The notes beneath the pieces were generated by a model that did no database searches, had not been told where the DNA came from, and saw only the letters and a program-made list of their open reading frames with translations. The position numbers were made by a program, and so were the translations under genes. This document shows positions 59,410-64,000 of a stretch of DNA of 64,000 nt, one piece after another. The stretch's first letter is position 1; each line of letters opens with the position of its first letter. This stretch comes from an uncultured Candidatus Binatia bacterium (GTDB taxonomy: Bacteria > Desulfobacterota > Binatia > UBA9968 > JAJDTQ01). The stretch covers positions 2,976,001 to 3,040,000 of the forward strand of contig OZ251459.1 of NCBI GenBank assembly GCA_965242525.1. Reading direction: 5' to 3'.

Positions 59410-60621
59410 TCAACGTACGGAGAAGAAATCGCTTTGACCGGGGGACGCCAAGGCGGGGTCCGGTCGGAGTTGGTCCGTGCGGAGGAGCTCGCCGGCCGTG
59501 AACAGCCGGTCGCGCAAGACCGAGCGACCGGCTTGGTCAAGGGAACCGATCTTCGTCTCGCCGTGCTCGGCTACGACGGCCAGGATCGACTCGTCGGGAA
59601 TATCGTGGTTGTCGAGCAGATCCGGGCTGTGGCTCGTTACGAGGACCTGCACGTGCTCCGTCGCATCCCGAAGGGCGTCCACGAGGACCCCGGCGGCCGC
59701 GGGATGAAGCGCGATCTCCGGCTCTTCGATACCCACCAGTCGAGGAGCGGAGTCACCGTTTCCTGCTCCCTGGAAGAGCGCCAGGAGGACAGCGAAGGCG
59801 CGCAGGGTCCCATCCGACATGTTGCTCGCAAGGAAACGCCAAGGGTGCTTCGACCCACGGACTTCCTGCCGGAATTCGAGGGTTTCCCTGGGGCCGATCA
59901 ACCGCGGAGAGACTTCGGTGATTCCGGGGACGACTTTCCCGAGATACTCCTCGACCCGCGTCTTGAAATCGGGCGAGTGCGCCTCGAGGTTGGACAACAC
60001 GCTCGCCACGTTGCTTCCGTCCCGCAGCAAGAGGTCCCCCGGGTCGGGGGGTTGGAGGTCTCGGATGGCGTCGGGGTTCAGGTTGTAGAACCCCGTATCC
60101 GACAGGGCGTCATAGACGGGACGAAAAGCATCGACGCCCGAAACGTTGACCAGATACAGGCGGTCGGCCGCGGCCACCGGCGGTGACGACAGGGTACTCT
60201 TGACGACGCGCCCTCGCTCCACCCTGTAGTAGTCATTCCCCTTCTCTCGAATCACAACGCATTCTTCGCGCTGGATATCGTATCCGCCCTGCTTCCTGGC
60301 CCCGACCGTAAACGCATATTGTCCCTTTGAACCTGCGAGGTTGAACCCCACATGGATGCCGAAATTGGTCGGATGACCGCTGGAACGCCTGCGCACCTCG
60401 TTGATCCCGCCCCGGTCCCGCAAGGCGTGATCCATCGAGGACCAGAGCGAATCCGCCACGAAACGCAGTGCATCGAGAAAATTGCTTTTCCCCGAGCCGT
60501 TCGGACCCACGAGAAACGAAAGCTGCGCCGGCGAAACGCTGCACGCAGCGATGCTCTTGTAGTTGCGCAGCATGACCCGGGTCAGCAGCCGCTTATCCTG
60601 CTTGTCCGTCATCTGGTCCAT
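59410..60621 (-). CDS. ABC-type AAA ATPase (AAA_21-like)
   Basis: NYKSI, GPNGSGKSN, MSDGTLR, IEEPE, TSHS. Confidence 0.9.
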   Translation of the reverse strand: MDQMTDKQDKRLLTRVMLRNYKSIAACSVSPAQLSFLVGPNGSGKSNFLDALRFVADSLWSSMDHALRDRGGINEVRRRSSGHPTNFGIHVGFNLAGSKGQYAFTVGARKQGGYDIQREECVVIREKGNDYYRVERGRVVKSTLSSPPVAAADRLYLVNVSGVDAFRPVYDALSDTGFYNLNPDAIRDLQPPDPGDLLLRDGSNVASVLSNLEAHSPDFKTRVEEYLGKVVPGITEVSPRLIGPRETLEFRQEVRGSKHPWRFLASNMSDGTLRAFAVLLALFQGAGNGDSAPRLVGIEEPEIALHPAAAGVLVDALRDATEHVQVLVTSHSPDLLDNHDIPDESILAVVAEHGETKIGSLDQAGRSVLRDRLFTAGELLRTDQLRPDPALASPGQSDFFSVR

Positions 60622-60706
60622 GGTTCTCGTGCGGCCCGAAATCCGTGCATGGCGGTCCCGGTTGCCGGTTCATCGAACGGGATCTCTTGCGAAACGTCCG
60701 GTCCAT

Positions 60707-60775
60707 GATTCCCTCACCCTGACGCCCCTATCCCCATTCGTCCTGAGCGCAGCGAAGCGGAGTCGAAGGACGCGC
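60707..60775. repeat. Family B copy
   Basis: ATTCCCTCACCCTGAC...TTCGTCCTGAGCGCAGCGAAGCGGAGTCGAAGGACGC. Confidence 0.75.
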
Positions 60776-62614
60776 TCATGCTCTCTGTCCCGATCGTTCG
60801 GAGGTTCCCGAAGTCCATCCCGGGGCGGGGAAGAAGGCCGCGTCTTCCAGTCCGAGCACCGGCGCCGCCAGGGCGCGGTCCAGGTACTCGTTGTGCACCT
60901 CGCACGAGGTCTCGGCGAGCAGGGCGCAGCCGTGGCACGCGGCGCCGTGCAGCCAGCGCCGTTCCATGGAGTCGCTGGGTTGGTGCTGGGCGCAGATGGG
61001 GTCGTTGGAGCAGAGGGCGCCCGTCCGCAGCGCGTCCGCGAGATGGTCCTCCACGCGGCGGGCCTGTTGGACCAGGCCGCCCAGAGTTCCCTCGGAGTCC
61101 GGGGTCCCGGTGTAGAGGAGGATGCCGAAACGCTCGCCGTCCGGCCCGGGCTCCGCGTAGATGCGCTCGCGGATGGAGCTTGCCGGATAACCGCAGCGCA
61201 TGGCCATGGACTGGATCAGCAGGTGCGAAAGGGTGTGGAGCAGCACGTACGGCCCGCCGGGGAACGGCCGTTGGGTCTTGCGCCCCTGGAGCCAGGCCGC
61301 GTGGCCTTCGGCGAGCCGGTGGAGCCGCTCCCTGACCGGGGGACGCCGCAACCACGCCTCCACCGCGTCCGTGCGCAGTTGGAGGAACACCCCTTCGCCG
61401 CGGTTCTCGACCGCGGGGAACCACTGCGGCTCCAGGGCGATGTCCGCCCGTTCCACGTCGGTCTCGTACTCACCGTGGATGTCCGGCGTCACCGCGTCGA
61501 TGCGGGTGAACCCGATGAGGGCCAGCACCTCGCGCAGGCGGTGGAGCTGGACCACCGACGCGACCCCCTCGCCGTGCTCCGACCGCCGCTAGGCGTCATC
61601 GGGCAGCCGGCGGGCGTGGAAGTCGGCGTCCACCGGCGCAGGGTCGCCGGACCCTTCGGGCGCGCCCAGCAGCGCGTCCATCTCCACCTGCTTCACGGGC
61701 CGGTCACTGCCCTTGCCGTGCTTCAGTTCGGCGATGGCGTGCAGGACTTCCGTATCGTCGAAGGCCGCGAGCGCCTGTGCGACCTTGGGCTTCTTCTTCA
61801 AGGTCGCAAGGTCCCCGGCGTCGTCCACGATCTGGAGGGCCTCCCACGAGTCACGGACCGCGGTCTCCACCGCCTTGCCCCGGTCCGGCAGCGACAGCAC
61901 GCTGACCACCTGCGGGAAGTACGCGTTGGACGCGGTGCGGATGAGCAGGCGGCTCGGGTGGGCGCAAGACTCCTCGGCGCCGCGGCCCAGCCAGGGCCGG
62001 GCGCCCCGACACGGGCCCAGGGGCCTGTTTTCGATCTCCGCGGCTTCGTAGAGGAACCTCGATTTCCCGCACTCGCAGCGCACGATGAGCTCGGCCAGGT
62101 CTCCCGTGGTGCCGCGCTCGCCGAGCCACAGTTGCCGCCGGCAGTCGTCACCGCCTCGGTGCACGAACCTTGTCCAGTCGAGGTCGTCCACGTGGCCCTT
62201 CGGGCAGGCGCGAACGAAGCGGGTGGGCACCACCGACTGGCCCTCGAAGCGGCCGTTCCGGTCCAACGCCTTTCTGTGCGCCAAGCGGCGCGAACGGCCG
62301 CCCTCGGTTCCCCCGCCGTCTTCCTGGACCACGAACCATTCCGGGAAACGCCACGCGGTGACGCCCCTGGCCTTCTCCCAGGGTTGGTCGGGCGCAGGGG
62401 GCGGCGCGTAGAGCCTGGGCGCGGGGACGCCGGTCATGTTCCGGAGCTTGTTCGTGAGCCTCGGCTCCACCACCTCGTCCAGTTCGCCGGGGGTCGGCCA
62501 CGTGTCCAGCCCGCCCACGATGGCCGAATGGTTCGGCAGGTCGATGAGCGCGCCGGGGCCGTAGGTGGTGACGGCCTGGCTCTGGCGAACCTGTCCGTGG
62601 GCGCGGTCGCTCAT
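60776..62614 (-). pseudogene. drmB: DISARM DrmB (DUF1998) interrupted by one in-frame TAG at 61589-61591
   Basis: VRQSQAVTTYGPGA, C..GH..D, ASNAYFP | LREVLAL.GFTR, GEGVF, LLHTLSH, CGY, CSNDPIC, ACHGC; the two ORFs share a frame. Confidence 0.85.
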
Positions 62615-64000
62615 GGGTTCCCGTCCCCTCCGGCCGGTTCCCGGATGTAGATGTCAACTTCCGGCTCCACGTCGCGCAGGGATCGGTTGGCGCGGAACTT
62701 GCGGTGGCGTGGAGACTCGAAATCCCTGTCGAGCATCTCGCGCAGCAAGGGCTGGCCTCCTCCCCGCTCGTATTTCTGGTACTGCATCCCGACGTTCCCG
62801 GCGCGGTAGTCCTCCACGATGGCGCACCAGGAGTCCAGCAGGTCCGTCACCCGTCCGCACACGTCGCCCAGCCGTTCCGCCTGCTCCGCGTCGTCGGCGA
62901 AGGGCTGCCGCGCCGCACGCTCGTCGAACCATTCGAGCAGCCGGCGCTCCAGGCCGGCGCGCACCTCCCCAATCTCCTGAACGCCCCTGGGCGGCGTCAG
63001 CTTCGCCTCGGCGTGGCGGGCGAGTCCCACCAGCGCGCCGGCGAAGCCGCGGTCCAGGGCGCGGGCGGAGAACGGCGTCACGCTCGATACCTCCACCGAC
63101 CGGTAGAAGGTCTCGTGGTAGTGGCGGAACCGTTCGTAGTGCGAGCGGTCGCGCGGCTTGTGGGCGTTCAGCAGGGTGACCACCAACCCCGGACGCCGGT
63201 CGTCGCGCCCCACGCGGCTCGTGGCCTGGATGTACTCCGCGTGCGTCTTGGGCTGGCCCAGCACCGCCATGAGGCCCAGCCGGGGGATGTCGAGACCCAC
63301 CGAGATCATGTTGGTGGCGATGGCGCAGTCCACGCGGTGCTTCTCGTGGAAGACGCATTCCAGACGCCTGCGCGCCTCCGCCACCTTGTCCGTGGAGACG
63401 CGCGAGGTCAGCTCCACCACCTCCGAGAACGTGGCGCGGTCCCGGAACAGGCCGCGCTTTTCGCCCATCCGCCGGCGCTCTCCGTACTGCCGGACGGTGT
63501 TCCGTACCTCCTCTTCGAGGATGCGCCGCGCGCCCCCCAGCTCCCGCAGGCTGTTGAAGTAGCCGAGCACGGTCATGTAGGGGTCCGCGGGGTTGTCCCG
63601 GTTCCTGTGTCCGCCGGCGTCCCGGTACGCCCGCTCCGCGGCGCCCATGAGCGCGAGCCAGACCTTGCGCATGACGACCTTGGGGTTGCGGCCCGGGGAA
63701 CTGACGCCGAGGTAGCGGCGTCCCGGCGCCTGCTCCACCGGCGCGGCGCGGGCGAAGAAGGAATCGCGCCGATCCGGTCCCGGGGGCGGGAAGACGTGCG
63801 TGACGGGCCGTGCGAACAGGGCCTGGATCTGGTCCTGGGCCTGCCTTACGGTGGCGGTGGACGCGACGACCTTGGGACGCGCCGCGGGCCGGTCGCCGTC
63901 GCCGCCGACCCCGCGCATGCAGAGCGCTTCGATGGCGGCCTCGTACAGCCCCACCATGGTGCCCAACGGCCCGGAGATGAGATGCAACTCGTCCTGGATC
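62611..64000 (-). CDS. drmA: DISARM helicase DrmA, 5' end outside the window
   Basis: QDELHLISGPLGTMVGLYE, STAT, YFNSLRELG, ELTSR, TNMISVGLD, EYIQATSRVGR, RDRSHYE. Confidence 0.9.
   Translation of the reverse strand, partial: IQDELHLISGPLGTMVGLYEAAIEALCMRGVGGDGDRPAARPKVVASTATVRQAQDQIQALFARPVTHVFPPPGPDRRDSFFARAAPVEQAPGRRYLGVSSPGRNPKVVMRKVWLALMGAAERAYRDAGGHRNRDNPADPYMTVLGYFNSLRELGGARRILEEEVRNTVRQYGERRRMGEKRGLFRDRATFSEVVELTSRVSTDKVAEARRRLECVFHEKHRVDCAIATNMISVGLDIPRLGLMAVLGQPKTHAEYIQATSRVGRDDRRPGLVVTLLNAHKPRDRSHYERFRHYHETFYRSVEVSSVTPFSARALDRGFAGALVGLARHAEAKLTPPRGVQEIGEVRAGLERRLLEWFDERAARQPFADDAEQAERLGDVCGRVTDLLDSWCAIVEDYRAGNVGMQYQKYERGGGQPLLREMLDRDFESPRHRKFRANRSLRDVEPEVDIYIREPAGGDGNP

Overview
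High-GC bacterial window, probably from a Deltaproteobacteria/Binatota-like organism (inferred from gene content). Housekeeping blocks alternate with lower-GC accessory islands. In order: (1) a minus-strand aromatic-catabolism-like cluster (UbiD, crotonase, ferritin-like diiron protein, 4,5-dihydroxyphthalate-decarboxylase-like protein, class II aldolase, benzoate-CoA ligase, ALDH, alpha/beta hydrolase); (2) an island with two PD-(D/E)xK-like genes, each followed by the start of an RNase J-like MBL gene, plus an MTase-HNH fusion; (3) pilD and minor pilins, hicBA, tmk-holB-metG-tatD-aroE, groES-groEL, gst; (4) a defence-like island at about 29.3-47.5 kb (Fic, several antitoxins with decayed toxins, IS remnants, a large P-loop GTPase, IS630, a phage-like structural gene remnant, a Schlafen/AlbA_2-HATPase-RRM fusion, AAA_14/DUF4143, a type II R-M pair, an S8 protease); (5) a nuoA-C-D-H-I-J-K-L-M-N operon lacking nuoB and nuoEFG; (6) an AAA ATPase and DISARM drmB (split by an in-frame TAG) and drmA. 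Three families of short dispersed repeats or MITEs occur throughout. I recognised no rRNA, tRNA or CRISPR array. All family assignments come from motifs read by eye, not from database searches.
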